From Coniocarpon cinnabarinum (lineage: Eukaryota), in assembly GCA_051942205.1 (NCBI GenBank), contig JAVECO010000126.1, positions 1-64,000 on the forward strand: a stretch of DNA of 64,000 nt, in the 5' to 3' direction. The notes below the pieces were generated by a model. It did not search any database, was not told the origin of the DNA, and worked only from the letters and a program-made list of their open reading frames with translations. Below are positions 45,961 to 57,165 of the stretch, piece by piece; within the stretch, counting starts at the first letter, position 1; each line of letters starts with the position of its first letter. A program made the position numbers and the translations under genes.

Positions 45961-46514
45961 CGGCTCCGGTTGCAGAGCCTAATTGAGACGGCATACGCAG
46001 CGTTGAGAGACTTGTCCACATCCAACATGCATTCGGTAAGTCTTCTAATCGCCATCGCCTCGTTTGCAGAGTAAGTAAGGAGTGTAGAGAAAAAAAATGT
46101 CTTTCTGGCCACTATAGCCAGATCTGATATTCATCATCAGTGTTTCAAGTTCGATTTTCCTCGAGACGGCGACTGTAGTATGAGGGAATGTGTCCCTAAG
46201 AGGGTTACTTTGTCCTAGAGCACAGCGAAAGCGTCCGTTCGCCTTCGACCAAACAAGCATAAGTGTCCAACTGCTGTAGGTCATGCAACGTGTTGTAGTG
46301 CCGCTCTAGTAATAAGATCATACATAAGTACTGACAAGCGCCGATCCATTATTGCCGGTATCAATCCTTTAATCTCACATTAAAAGCGAGCAGTCTATTT
46401 CATCAGTCTCTTGTGAAAGTTCCAGTAAAATTGTTCACGCCGTTAAGCCGGCGAGCCATACATCGGACATTTTACTCGAAAGTCCAGTGACACTGTTTCG
46501 ACTTTCTCATCGCC

Positions 46515-47289
46515 ATGTCTAACCTATTATCGACAGCTGGGGATAGGCTTGCCCATCCTACAGAGGCTCACAATGTTGACAAAGTCAAGAAAGACATGAA
46601 CGACACTTTGCGCGATGAATGGGTCGGGAAACCCCCCTACCACAAGGTGGACGATGCTCTCAACAAGCTCGAGGAATACAACAAGAAAGTCAAGCGTTTT
46701 TACATGGTCGCCGGAGGGTGTTTCGAGAACAAAGAAGCACCGCCCGCATTTCCGGGCGCCACCAACTTCTACAAGAACGCGCTTCTGCATCACGTGATGG
46801 CCCTGACGATGCGTCAAAAGATCCGGAACCTGCACACCCTTCATCAGATCACCGACCACCTCCCTGGCGGAGGCTTATCTCTTGTTTCAATCGAGCCGAG
46901 GTATGAGGACATCTCTTTGCAAGTCTGCCGGTAAGTCTGCATCACTCTTAGAGCTCAGCGCCAACATGTAGTTGCAATACTTGCTCCACCAAAACGAGCG
47001 AAACTCTGCCATTCCTTGCTAACACCTGGAATACAGAGAGCGCGGCATCGAGCCCATACCCGACTACGCCGATCTCAAAAGGGACGTCAAAGAGGGTGAT
47101 TTCCTCTTCATGCCCTTTCCGCGTCAGGACATGACCCAAGGCTTTGATGGGAACAAGGCCTACATCATCTTCAGCAACTGGCAGCCTCCCCTAGACAAGT
47201 ACGAGATGTTGCAGGGTTTCCCATTTGGCAATGAAGTTGGTCAAGAGCTAAAACATTTGGCTATTTATAGACTCAAGAACCTTCCTTGA
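46515..47289 (+). CDS. Two-exon orphan protein, possibly a divergent SRR1-like domain
   Basis: Intron 46931-47036 (GTAAGT...GCTAAC...CAG) gives a continuous ~220-aa frame. Motif order FYMVAGGCF / HHVMALTM / SIEPRYEDISLQVCRERGIEPI / EGDFLFMP resembles SRR1 (CxGLG, QxAxAL, QDPxY...LxxxG, TLxFxP). Confidence 0.6.
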
Positions 47290-47532
47290 TTGTGGCAATT
47301 GAAGTGTCACTGTCATTGACTCAACCACTTACTCTGACTGATTTGATCTCATCCAGTGTGCCACGATCTTATATGACGCATGCTGCGAGGCTCGATGAAG
47401 GGATTACCATGCTTAGTGAACTCGTCTCGAGCTTGAAACTTTGTCTTACTGATTCGATTCAGTAAGGCTAGGTCCATTTGTACGGTGCCATCGCTGCACC
47501 GAGAGAAGGGCAGCACGGCTCTAATAAAGCGT

Positions 47533-49006
47533 TTAGGCACTTGAAGCGTCCTCGTGGCTAAATTTCTCCTTTGCAGCCTCATCAGCCTCCTGCGTTTCTT
47601 TTCCACTCGCCGTCGCATCCTTCACATCACATCCTGACGCTGCTAATGCAGCGTCTTCTTCCGTCCGTTTCAATTCCTCCAACTGCGGCTTCGGAGTTGG
47701 ATGCCAAATCTCACTCAAATTAAATCTCTTTAACCTCTCGAAATCTTGTACGACTGAAATTCCACAAACGTTCTGTTGCTGTGTGTCAGCTCCTTTTGCA
47801 TTGTTCAACTCTCATACCCATGATTGTTTCTCTTTCTGCAACTCACGCGCCTTTCACACCTTTGAACGACCAAGCAGAGACAACATACCTTGAACACCTC
47901 CACCAAAATCAACTTCTCATATCCTTTCAAATCAACAACATGCTCATTCCCAACTTCTGCCGCCACAAGCTGAATACATTCTTGACTCGTGAGTCCCTTC
48001 GCGTGGTTGCGAATTGTTGGCCTGATTGCGAATCTCACGGGTTTCCTCACTGCGGCGTCGTGAAAATGTGGTGCTAGCGCTTTTCGTGCAATCGATTGCA
48101 GGCCGCTTTCGGTGGCGGGCCCGGTGAATGAGAGAGGTGTGAGTCGTTTGATGAAGCGGGTTTGGAGGGGTCGGTCGCTTTCTTTGGATGGAGTGGGATT
48201 CGATGCAGATGTGCAGACGGAATGTATGAGGTTGACGGGATCGAGTGGAGCGCGAGTGCGGAAGAAGATGACTAGAGAGTCAGCACGAGGTTCTACATAA
48301 TGACTAAGGGATTGAAGAAACCGTAGTGTTCAGGGTGAAGTTGCGAAGTTCATGATGAGGAACAAGAAGTGTCCTTGACTCACGGCATTTGTGATCCAGG
48401 TTTACATGTTCAAATAGAGGCTTCGTTTCCGCATCCTGAGCCGACGAGAGCTCCGCTTGGATCGCAGCATCAATATCGCCTTCTTCTTCATCTCCATGGT
48501 TCGCCCCTCCGACTCGATCCGGAAACTGTCTCTTGACGTACTATACCTAGAATCAGTGGCATCATTCTGACAAATAACCCACAATCAGGGAGTGAGTACG
48601 GCAGGCAGAGCGATTGAGACCCCTCCCCTTCAAGATGCCTGGAAGCGGGTTAATCGTTGAGACTCACATCATTGAACAGATCCTTGCATTCGCCGACACA
48701 CCTCCTCTCTATGTTCCGGTTACACGTGACGAATAGACCTGCGTCACCTGGCTCGATCGTGTTTGCTTTTTGGCCTTTGAACCAGTGACGCTGCTATCGA
48801 ACCAGTCAGCAATAATCACGATGGCGGAGACGTGGCTCTCATCACGAGGACAAATTTTGTAAAAGGCCTTTCATATGTTGGCACCGGCATCCTACCATTG
48901 CTGGAGGATGGGAAGTTCGAGACATAACACGAACCTTCTGTTTCTTTGATTTGCGGTCTTCAGCTGTCTCTGCAGGAGCGACCCGCTTGGGCGGCGCTTC
49001 AGCCAT
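47533..49006 (-). CDS. TAN1: THUMP-domain tRNA acetylation cofactor (Tan1/THUMPD1)
   Basis: Five exons: MAEAPPKR.., IEPGDAGLFVTCNRNIERRCVGECKDLF, GDIDAAIQAEL, LIFFRTRAPLDP..TRFIKRLTP..FAIRPTIRNH..HVVDLKGYEKLILVEVFK, NVCGISVVQDFERLKRFNL. Canonical splice sites. Confidence 0.9.
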
Positions 49007-49400
49007 CTTTCTCGAATCTTTATCCCGAAAGTAAATGTCTTGTGGTCGTTGATTGTAAGTGCTCATGCGTTGAAAACATCTATCGTCCTGATGCAAATAG
49101 GAGCGAAGTCTTACCCTGTCCGCAAATTCACTCGACGATGGTAGTGAGGTTGTTACTTTCCAACAAAAGCGGACCATACACCAAAAATAGTGATTGGAAG
49201 TACATTTGCAAGGCCGCGCAATAAACATTGAGAGAATCTTTATTGGTCAATGTGCTGTTCGTATGTCCATATTTTCGTATTCCCTCTTTGAGCCTCCTGT
49301 GGCCAGCCCACGTTCCATACAGCGCCGCCGGTATGCTAAAAACAAAATGCAAACGTACATTCGTGATAATGATGTCCTTGGCTCGCACCACATTCCCCCC

Positions 49401-52400
49401 TCACACAAACTCCCTCAATGCATCTTCCACAGCCTGACTCACCATGCTCCAACCGTAAACACTGGCGACATGGCCCGCCACCTTCAGTACCTCCTCTACA
49501 CTGGTCCTGCTGACTGTTTCTTTCCAAACACCACCACATGCACAATGCTCCATGAAATCGTTATTCCTCAATCTTGAACATTTTCCGCACTTTAGATCTT
49601 GGGTACTCCATTCCATGACTTGTCTCATAACCACATCTGAAAGCAACCTCTCCTGTAGACTCAGCTGATTGTATTGTGTCTCACATAAAACACATCGAAA
49701 TCCAGGAATGCGAATGTTGTTGGTGCTCTCAGCCGAAATCGAGAAGTCTTCATCACGACAGAGGTCTAGATCGCGCACATAGTGACATTCGAGACACTTT
49801 ACTCCACGGAGCTTCAAACTCGCAGATGGGTTTGAAAATTGAGCTTGGGCACTAAACTCGCGAATTTCGAAAAGCGCTAGAAGATCCTTTCGCACCAGCC
49901 GCGTCTCCAGTGCCAGTGACTTGTCAAGTGAGACGACGTGGACGATGAATTTGACGAGGGCCAAGAGCGGACTGTCATCGCGACTTTTCTGCTGAGTAGG
50001 TGCGGAACCAGGAAGATTCGGGTATTCCCAGTCGACCAAGAGATCAGGATTTTGCATTTCCAAACGATGTCGACGAAGCAGCGATTTGACAGTTTGTATT
50101 AGATCTGCAGCGTATCCGGATTTCGTCAACAGTTCCGTTGGCTCGGGTTGCTCCGACTGTTCGCTTTGAATGTTTTGGAGAGGCAACTGTGTAAGACGTG
50201 AACTGTGTGGCCCCCCAGGCCGTTTGCGATCAGACAAGAGATTGATGAACTCAACGACATAGTCATGGAAGGGCTGACGCAGAATTGTGGGTAGGTAATC
50301 TTGAATGCCCCAGTGCATAACGGTGTGCAGTTGCTCTTGACTGTCTTCGGTTTCTTGGATCTTCTCGCAGCCGCGTCCACCGTAGTTGAATTCATCATAC
50401 CAAACAAGTACGTCCCAATATTCTCGGACCTCAAGATCAAGAAACAAGAATTGCGGCTTCGCTCGAATGGTCCGGAGGATGTATTCACAGTAACTCCAAG
50501 CATTGCCGACTTCTGTTTTTGTGGTTTGCAATAGAAGACGATTCTGGCTTGCATAGACAACATGACTTCCCACACGACGACAGTCCGCCAAAAGTTGTTG
50601 AAGTATCTTGCGAGCCATGACTTGGACATAGTAGTGGAGGCTGCGGTCGTAGAGGAATGAGGTGGGCGAGGTGATCCATGAGACAAGGTGACTGACCATT
50701 ACATCCGCCATATCGTTGCCTGAAACTGCTTCACCTTGCCAAGCACGAACCATGTCGCGCAAGACACGGATTCCCGCTGATGTGAAGGTATTCTCTGCAT
50801 GCAGAACAAGTGTACCGTCATGTCCTGTGCCACCAGCTTCACCGGCTGGATTGAAAGAAAACGAATCGCTGCCATCTGCATCATTCATGAGACTGGAAGT
50901 CAAGATAGTGTTGATCATGAGATTTTTGACCTGAACATCAACACAGACAGTACTGTAAGTGCCCGACGTGATCACACTTGGCATCTCAACAGCTTCCAGT
51001 TGGTTCAAACCATCATCCTTTTCATATCCTCCGTGATCAGGTCGTGGTCCAGGACTCCACCATAGCACAATGTTTTCTTTTTGTAACCGTCTTGCAAATG
51101 CAATGTCGATTAAGTACTTGGGATCATCAGAATAGTCCAGATTTCCTAGAGGTACGTTACCATAACGAGCCAGCGAGATGAGATGTGTCAGCCATGATCC
51201 AAGGTCCAGGTATCGAGCAATAATTCGCCGTGCGACGTAGGTCTGCCACCCGAGCGGAGGCAGATCCCTATCATCACTGTCCAATTTCAAGTTGACCGAC
51301 GGGTAGTCGTTCAAGCTGGGAAAGTCGGCCACGATTGAATCAGATGCTGTTTGAAGTACAAGAAGAGTCGGTCCGGTCTCTTCGTTTCGTATTCGTTTGA
51401 GAATCCCGTTTATTTCTGCCTGTGCTTTGCGGAACGTGGTAAACTGGGATATGTAAATTCTTTGATTTGCCGAGTATTCGATCAAGTCCTGCCAGGATTT
51501 ATTGTCGTTCGACCCAAACCGCTCGCTGTACGCCTCTTGATAAACTCTATCAACATTTGGGAACTGAGAGTCCTGCCCTCGATTTGTCACCATTATGTGA
51601 GCTTCCTGCCGAGCCGAGGAAAATAGCGCAAAGATCTGCCGGTTCTGCGCAGACACCTGATATACGAAGAGATAGCCGAGTGACGAAGTTTTCAAATACG
51701 GACGAGGAGCTGGGCAATGTCTTAAAGCGGCAATATCAAAACCATGTTCCAACCCCTTACCAAGAACGCCCCGTTGACTTTCGTCGAAAGTACAATTGTT
51801 CCCAAGCTCTAGCACGGCACGTGTGCTCGGCGGCAATTGCGACTCATAGACACCCTCAACGCTTGGATGATTGAAAAGGGTGTTTAATTTGTGAGACTGC
51901 GCAAGATATGTCTGCTCAGGCATAGTCAGACTGAAAAGGTGCACCGACGTATGTCCATTGGGAAGGCTGTGGTTGACTTTCTCGACTTTGCATCCCGTTA
52001 GGTCCACTTCAGGGAGCTGGTCGTTCTTCAGATTTAGGAAAACCCGCCGTGGTACAATCACTTTGATGACGTGTATATTCTTGTCAATGAGGACATACGC
52101 CTTCATCTCGCCCGGTGTGTCTGTTGGTCTTAGCTGCAAGACTTGCCAGGTACTAGTGTATAGCAACTCAGCCTGGTTTCTGAACATGTTTCCAATCGCA
52201 TCATTCGCATCCCTTTTTTCGCCGAACAACTGACGTCTCCTTACGCGTTGTTGTTTTTGAAGTTTCCATTTTCGTTTTTGATATAGGAGCCATGCAGGAT
52301 AATTGCTCGAGATGTCAGGCATCTTTCCTGAAAGGCTTGCAAATGGGTCGGCTGGAGCAGGTGGATCTGGTGACTTTCGTTTCTGGACTGATTTAGAAAT

Positions 52401-55400
52401 CACACTGTTCTTTTGTTGAAAAGGCATCCTGCTCGAAGAACCAAAATCTTCCAGATCGTTTGATCGCCCTTCAAGGGTGTTTACATCAACCTCACCAAGC
52501 GGTGTCTTGTCGAACATGTCACTGAGCTTCTTTTGCTGGTATCGGTCATCCTTGACACGAATCCGCTTCTCCAGCCAATCCGGATGTGCAACACGAGGTA
52601 CAGGATTTCTGATCTTTTGAAGTGCAGCTGGAATCGTGATGAGCTTCTGCACCACAGATCCCAAACGCTCAAGATAATAGTCCCAGTCGAGCACGGTCCG
52701 AGGGTCCATGTCACCGGGCTCGTCTTTCATCCATTTCCTCAGAAAGAACCGCTTGGTGTCCTCACTGGCCGAGAAAATGGCGACGGGAATCGCACGCTCG
52801 GTGACTGGTGCATTTTTGGGTCTTGATGAGATGATAAACTTGCAGTTCAGACCCTTGTCCTTCACCATCTGTTCACCCAGAAACTCTGCCAAGCGTCGGG
52901 CCGTCGTGATAGCGGTTGACTTTTGACCACCATATTCTTCGAGCGTCTTGGTCATGGACTTGTTTTCGCAAATGAGATCGATCAGTTCGTCATTTGCAAG
53001 GCCGACTCCTCGCTCGTACAACACATCGAGCCATCGATCAGCGATACCGGCAACGGAGGCGTATGTCTCAGCGAGAGTGGAACCGTTCAAAAAGAATTTG
53101 AAGATCTGCGTTTGAAAGATTTTGATGAGCTTGAGCTCTCCTCTGCGCTTGACTTCGAAACCTTTGAGCTCTGCGAGACTGCCATCATGATTAAATACTG
53201 CATATCGCTTTTTCAAGTTTTTATCTTCCTCTTTGGACGTTGGTAGAATCATCGCTTTGTAGGGGCCATCAACCTCGAAAAATATGGTGTTGTCGCTATA
53301 TGTCTCGTATCTGTACGTTTGTGGATCTTTGAGGGTCTGGTACTGATGATTGGTAAACTTTTCATGCACTCGCCTGTTCAGCATCGCGCATGGATAAGAC
53401 ACTGTAAGCTTTTTGCCGTTCTTCATTTTGAAAGCAAAGTTTTCAGGAAACGTAGCCGGCAGAATGCACCATATACCATCTGTGTCCAGCTCCAGTGGCC
53501 GACCAATTCGTTCAACAAGTTGCCTTGCCATTTGGATGATCCGCGCACCAGTCAGACATGTGACTCCAGCCATTTCCATCGAGAACCATCGAGAGCCTTT
53601 TCGCATGACATAGCCATAGAAGGAATTCAAGATGACTTTGTGAGCGAGCTGCAGAGAGTCGTACAGGATGATCATCTTTTTCGCTTCGTCAATTTCGCTA
53701 GCGTCGGCACCTGCTTTCTGTAAATCACCAGTCTTGCCTTTCCAAACTTTTTGCTTGCCCTTGAAGTCATATCGTCGGTCACGGAAGTCTCGCACTGTAT
53801 TCACATAAAATGGATTTTCTCGCTGGCAGATGATTGCCTCTCGCTCAATAGTGCGTGCATCATGGATCTTGTGATAGATCTTCTTGCAGTAGTCCTGAAG
53901 ACGCTTCTTGACATGCGTTGCTTGCTCGTCCAATGATAGATCTTGAAAAGTGCGCGCCAGACTATTCGAGTTTTTGCCCGGGAAACGCTCGTTCTCAAGC
54001 GCATGGCGGATCATTTTGTATTCGTCCTTCTTCGCGGGGAGGTATTCGCCACGCCAGGCCCAAGGCAGTCGTCGGTCACACGTCTTACCAGGCCTGTTGA
54101 AATCACAAGCTGCGCAGTCGGATTCCTGGATCATTGAGTCAGGTTGTAGACGATTTGTGGTCATGATATTGGGGTACATAGACGCCACGTCCAAGTGATA
54201 TATTAGCGGTCTTTCGTTGCGATTAGGCGTCTCTTTCAAACTGAGTAACTTTGCCGCGATCTGGTTCTTGACCTCTTCAAAATCTTCAACATCCTCTAGG
54301 TCCTTCTTTTCTTCAGCAGTGATGAAGAACTTTAAAGTGGCGTCTAACTCCTCTAAAAGCTCATCGATTGCTGTCGCGTCAATGGCAAAATTGCAAGGGA
54401 TGTCACTGCGAAAGACCCCTGCCTCTATACTCTCGACATGGCCTCCAACGTAAGTCTCAGACTCCAGCAAGTGACCTTCCCAGAACTCTTCTTTTGGTGG
54501 TTTGTGTTTGTTAGGTAACACGATCTCATGTTGATATGCTTGGACCATGAGCAGCATCTCGCAGAGCGTGCCCGTTCCTTTCCGCAGCGTGTCGTCCGGA
54601 CCCAGCGGCACAATCGTACACAGAGAAAAGATGAAGGGGTGAACGTATTTCATGTAAAGGTAGTAAGTCGCAACGGCGTCTGATACCGAGTACTCAGCGA
54701 GCACTTGTGGCCGTTCGCTGGCATACGGTGTCATGAGTTCTGGATCGAGCTCATCTGGATCGTAGCCCAACTTGGCGACCGTCACAGCTTTCAGACCTCT
54801 TGAACCCTGCGGAAGATACGAGTCGCGATTGACCCAAGCAAAAGCATCCATGTGAGCACAGTAATCCGCCTGGTAGATGTCTTCGCTGTTCTTTCGAAAG
54901 CCAATCTCTTGGTACATATCAATACCGAGGATACTCGCTCTGGCTTCAACGAACGGCCAATCGAAGAAATCACCGTTGTAGGTCGCAATCACTGTTGGCT
55001 TAGCTTCTTTGATATGCTCGAAGAAGCGCTCGATCACGTCGCGCTCGTTGGCTTCGTTAAAGATCATGAACGGTCCTTGATACTCTGCTTTTGGCGTATA
55101 CTCGAAGTCTGCGATATCTTCCGAAACGATCTCCCTATTCGTGATCAGAAAACCTTGCCCATCGATCATGTACGAGATCATCATAATCTGATCGGTCGCG
55201 GAATCTGGGAACTTCAGTGGTAGCTTCGTCGTCTCGATATCGAAAGCCATGACAACTGGATCTGGTCGCTGCACTTTTTCTTCGACACATCTAACCGAGA
55301 TGTGGCCATGTTTTGCGTCAACACTATACCATTTCCCGACGCGAATGTCGTTATCGATCGCGACTCGGACGTGATAGGGGACGTCGTATTCTCGCACGTC

Positions 55401-56135
55401 CGTGATGAAGTCGCTTGCATCCAGCACCCCACCACTTGTCCTTTGCCTCTCCACCTCTACCTCATCTTCAAATGCATCGAACCCTGCGTTGGCACTTGCC
55501 ACTTCGGCGTATGCATCAAGCGCGCTGACTTTGCCGAGGTTCTTCTCTGCGATAGGCATGATGATTTTGCGCACGCTTAGTAGATCCGTCACGTTCACAA
55601 AGCACAGTTCCAGTAGCGTTCGCCGGTATCCTAGTAAATGATTTGGCATCTTTAGATCCTCCTTGTCCACTCGCGTCAGACTCTTTACCAGCCCTTCGAA
55701 TGTCCGTCGGATCCATTCTTCAACTTCAGCTTCCTTACCTCTTCTCACAGCGATAAGAAAGTACGGATCATACTCTAAAGTAGCTTTGAAAGTACCTCCG
55801 TCCTCTTCAATGAAGTAAAAGTCTACCCCAGCGCGCCCACCCGGTACACGCTCCCTACCACTGTTATTGCCGGATTCATATACGCTCGTCGAATGCATAT
55901 TGCACAGCCATCCCAGCTTTGGCTTTCCCGATTCGTATCGCGCAAACCCCATGCGCTCATCGATGCCATGAGCGAGCGCGACCGCCTCGGCCTTTTCATT
56001 TTGAGAGGTGGCTTCACTGTTGCGAAGAGTGGATGCGGAGACGGTGGAAGGGCGATTGGATGGTCGCTTGGAGAACTTGCCGCCATTGACGAGACGAGCG
56101 GGCTTTCGCGAGCCTCTTGAGTCGCCGAATGTCAT
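49401..56135 (-). CDS. POL2: DNA polymerase epsilon catalytic subunit
   Basis: 2244-aa uninterrupted ORF. Exonuclease FDIETTKLPLKFPD, YNGDFFDWPF; polymerase YHLDVASMYPNI, KVILNSFYGY, ELDTDGIW; CysX CAACDFNRPGKTC; C-terminal Cys clusters. Confidence 0.98.
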   Translation of the reverse strand: MTFGDSRGSRKPARLVNGGKFSKRPSNRPSTVSASTLRNSEATSQNEKAEAVALAHGIDERMGFARYESGKPKLGWLCNMHSTSVYESGNNSGRERVPGGRAGVDFYFIEEDGGTFKATLEYDPYFLIAVRRGKEAEVEEWIRRTFEGLVKSLTRVDKEDLKMPNHLLGYRRTLLELCFVNVTDLLSVRKIIMPIAEKNLGKVSALDAYAEVASANAGFDAFEDEVEVERQRTSGGVLDASDFITDVREYDVPYHVRVAIDNDIRVGKWYSVDAKHGHISVRCVEEKVQRPDPVVMAFDIETTKLPLKFPDSATDQIMMISYMIDGQGFLITNREIVSEDIADFEYTPKAEYQGPFMIFNEANERDVIERFFEHIKEAKPTVIATYNGDFFDWPFVEARASILGIDMYQEIGFRKNSEDIYQADYCAHMDAFAWVNRDSYLPQGSRGLKAVTVAKLGYDPDELDPELMTPYASERPQVLAEYSVSDAVATYYLYMKYVHPFIFSLCTIVPLGPDDTLRKGTGTLCEMLLMVQAYQHEIVLPNKHKPPKEEFWEGHLLESETYVGGHVESIEAGVFRSDIPCNFAIDATAIDELLEELDATLKFFITAEEKKDLEDVEDFEEVKNQIAAKLLSLKETPNRNERPLIYHLDVASMYPNIMTTNRLQPDSMIQESDCAACDFNRPGKTCDRRLPWAWRGEYLPAKKDEYKMIRHALENERFPGKNSNSLARTFQDLSLDEQATHVKKRLQDYCKKIYHKIHDARTIEREAIICQRENPFYVNTVRDFRDRRYDFKGKQKVWKGKTGDLQKAGADASEIDEAKKMIILYDSLQLAHKVILNSFYGYVMRKGSRWFSMEMAGVTCLTGARIIQMARQLVERIGRPLELDTDGIWCILPATFPENFAFKMKNGKKLTVSYPCAMLNRRVHEKFTNHQYQTLKDPQTYRYETYSDNTIFFEVDGPYKAMILPTSKEEDKNLKKRYAVFNHDGSLAELKGFEVKRRGELKLIKIFQTQIFKFFLNGSTLAETYASVAGIADRWLDVLYERGVGLANDELIDLICENKSMTKTLEEYGGQKSTAITTARRLAEFLGEQMVKDKGLNCKFIISSRPKNAPVTERAIPVAIFSASEDTKRFFLRKWMKDEPGDMDPRTVLDWDYYLERLGSVVQKLITIPAALQKIRNPVPRVAHPDWLEKRIRVKDDRYQQKKLSDMFDKTPLGEVDVNTLEGRSNDLEDFGSSSRMPFQQKNSVISKSVQKRKSPDPPAPADPFASLSGKMPDISSNYPAWLLYQKRKWKLQKQQRVRRRQLFGEKRDANDAIGNMFRNQAELLYTSTWQVLQLRPTDTPGEMKAYVLIDKNIHVIKVIVPRRVFLNLKNDQLPEVDLTGCKVEKVNHSLPNGHTSVHLFSLTMPEQTYLAQSHKLNTLFNHPSVEGVYESQLPPSTRAVLELGNNCTFDESQRGVLGKGLEHGFDIAALRHCPAPRPYLKTSSLGYLFVYQVSAQNRQIFALFSSARQEAHIMVTNRGQDSQFPNVDRVYQEAYSERFGSNDNKSWQDLIEYSANQRIYISQFTTFRKAQAEINGILKRIRNEETGPTLLVLQTASDSIVADFPSLNDYPSVNLKLDSDDRDLPPLGWQTYVARRIIARYLDLGSWLTHLISLARYGNVPLGNLDYSDDPKYLIDIAFARRLQKENIVLWWSPGPRPDHGGYEKDDGLNQLEAVEMPSVITSGTYSTVCVDVQVKNLMINTILTSSLMNDADGSDSFSFNPAGEAGGTGHDGTLVLHAENTFTSAGIRVLRDMVRAWQGEAVSGNDMADVMVSHLVSWITSPTSFLYDRSLHYYVQVMARKILQQLLADCRRVGSHVVYASQNRLLLQTTKTEVGNAWSYCEYILRTIRAKPQFLFLDLEVREYWDVLVWYDEFNYGGRGCEKIQETEDSQEQLHTVMHWGIQDYLPTILRQPFHDYVVEFINLLSDRKRPGGPHSSRLTQLPLQNIQSEQSEQPEPTELLTKSGYAADLIQTVKSLLRRHRLEMQNPDLLVDWEYPNLPGSAPTQQKSRDDSPLLALVKFIVHVVSLDKSLALETRLVRKDLLALFEIREFSAQAQFSNPSASLKLRGVKCLECHYVRDLDLCRDEDFSISAESTNNIRIPGFRCVLCETQYNQLSLQERLLSDVVMRQVMEWSTQDLKCGKCSRLRNNDFMEHCACGGVWKETVSRTSVEEVLKVAGHVASVYGWSMVSQAVEDALREFV

Positions 56136-56181
56136 GGTGTCAGATATAGCAGGAGGGGCCTCTTAGGGGAGTAATGGAGGC

Positions 56182-56357
56182 ACGCGTATGTCTCGTCTTC
56201 AGACATGCTTGTGAAGAGGAGCCATGTAGAGCATCGTGTGGACCTTCAATCGCGCGATTCGGCTCTGAAAGATTGCTGTGTACGTCGTAACCTCGAAGTC
56301 TTGACTTTGTGCAGACATCCGGAACATGAGACGAGGAAGACGCGTCGTTGACGCGTC
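56182..56357. promoter_or_regulatory. Three MCB-like (ACGCGT) cell-cycle boxes in the POL2/COX20 divergent promoter
   Basis: ACGCGT at 56182, 56340 and 56351, plus palindrome AATCGCGCGATT at 56248. G1/S (MBF) regulation of replication genes is established in yeasts. Confidence 0.6.
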
Positions 56358-56583
56358 GGAGATCCATTAGAACAAAAACGGATTAGCCCACGAGCACTGG
56401 ATTTCCAGGCCTTGAAATCCAGGCTACTTACTCCACAGGGCGACTTTTCGATCAATGATGTTTTGAGCCTCTCACTTAGATTACATCGCTGTGACCTCCT
56501 TGGACTGTCCAAAACTTTCTGGATTGAGTCATTACTGCTTCTTCGCTGCGACGATTCTCATCCAGAGTCTCATTGGGGTGAGG

Positions 56584-57165
56584 ATGACTGAGACCAGAAA
56601 GACTCCACCGGTGGAGCAACCTTCAAGTGAACATCATCCCAATCAGACCACTTCCCAATCTTCTGATCCATCACTTCCCCCCGGCGTATCTGCGCTTCCT
56701 CGAGATCCGAACCAGCCTATTCATCGCAAACCTCGAGTGTTCATTCATAGACTCAACGAAGATCCTGGCGCCGAGCGTGAAGCATATGAGAACACTTCGT
56801 ACATCTCCGCACTTAACACACTGTCTCCACGAGACTTCCTATCAGTTCATAAAACGCCATGTTTCAGAGATGCCATGCTCCCCGGAATAGGAGCCGGAAC
56901 GGGGCTTGCGGCGGTGAGGTTCGTGATGGGTGGCAGCATATGGAAGGCCATGCACTGGAGTATGGTGGGATTTTTACCGGTCAGCGTCGTCATGTACCAA
57001 CTATGTCAGAGCAGGCGGGCATATGACAGAGAAGGTATTCGGAAGTCCGTTGCAGTACTGGATGAGAAGAAAAGGCTCTCAGAAATCTCCAAGCAGGAAA
57101 AACAAGAGGAAGCGCAACCTCCAGAAGGAGCAAGCAGCATCTGGGGGACTTTCAAGTTTTGGTGA
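56584..57165 (+). CDS. COX20: Cytochrome c oxidase assembly protein Cox20
   Basis: VHKTPCFRDAMLPGIGAGTGLAAVRFVMGG..KAMHWSMVGF...YQLCQSRR..EGIRKSV: twin transmembrane segments flanked by the PC and C residues typical of the family. Confidence 0.85.
   Translation: MTETRKTPPVEQPSSEHHPNQTTSQSSDPSLPPGVSALPRDPNQPIHRKPRVFIHRLNEDPGAEREAYENTSYISALNTLSPRDFLSVHKTPCFRDAMLPGIGAGTGLAAVRFVMGGSIWKAMHWSMVGFLPVSVVMYQLCQSRRAYDREGIRKSVAVLDEKKRLSEISKQEKQEEAQPPEGASSIWGTFKFW

Noticed and set aside
28379..56135. A dedicated heterochromatin gene cluster (chromo protein, Ago, RNA14, ASF1, POL2)
   Set aside because: Interspersed with unrelated housekeeping genes (CCT7, TAN1); co-location is explicable by chance without synteny data. 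Only the direct Ago-chromo adjacency is kept as a finding.
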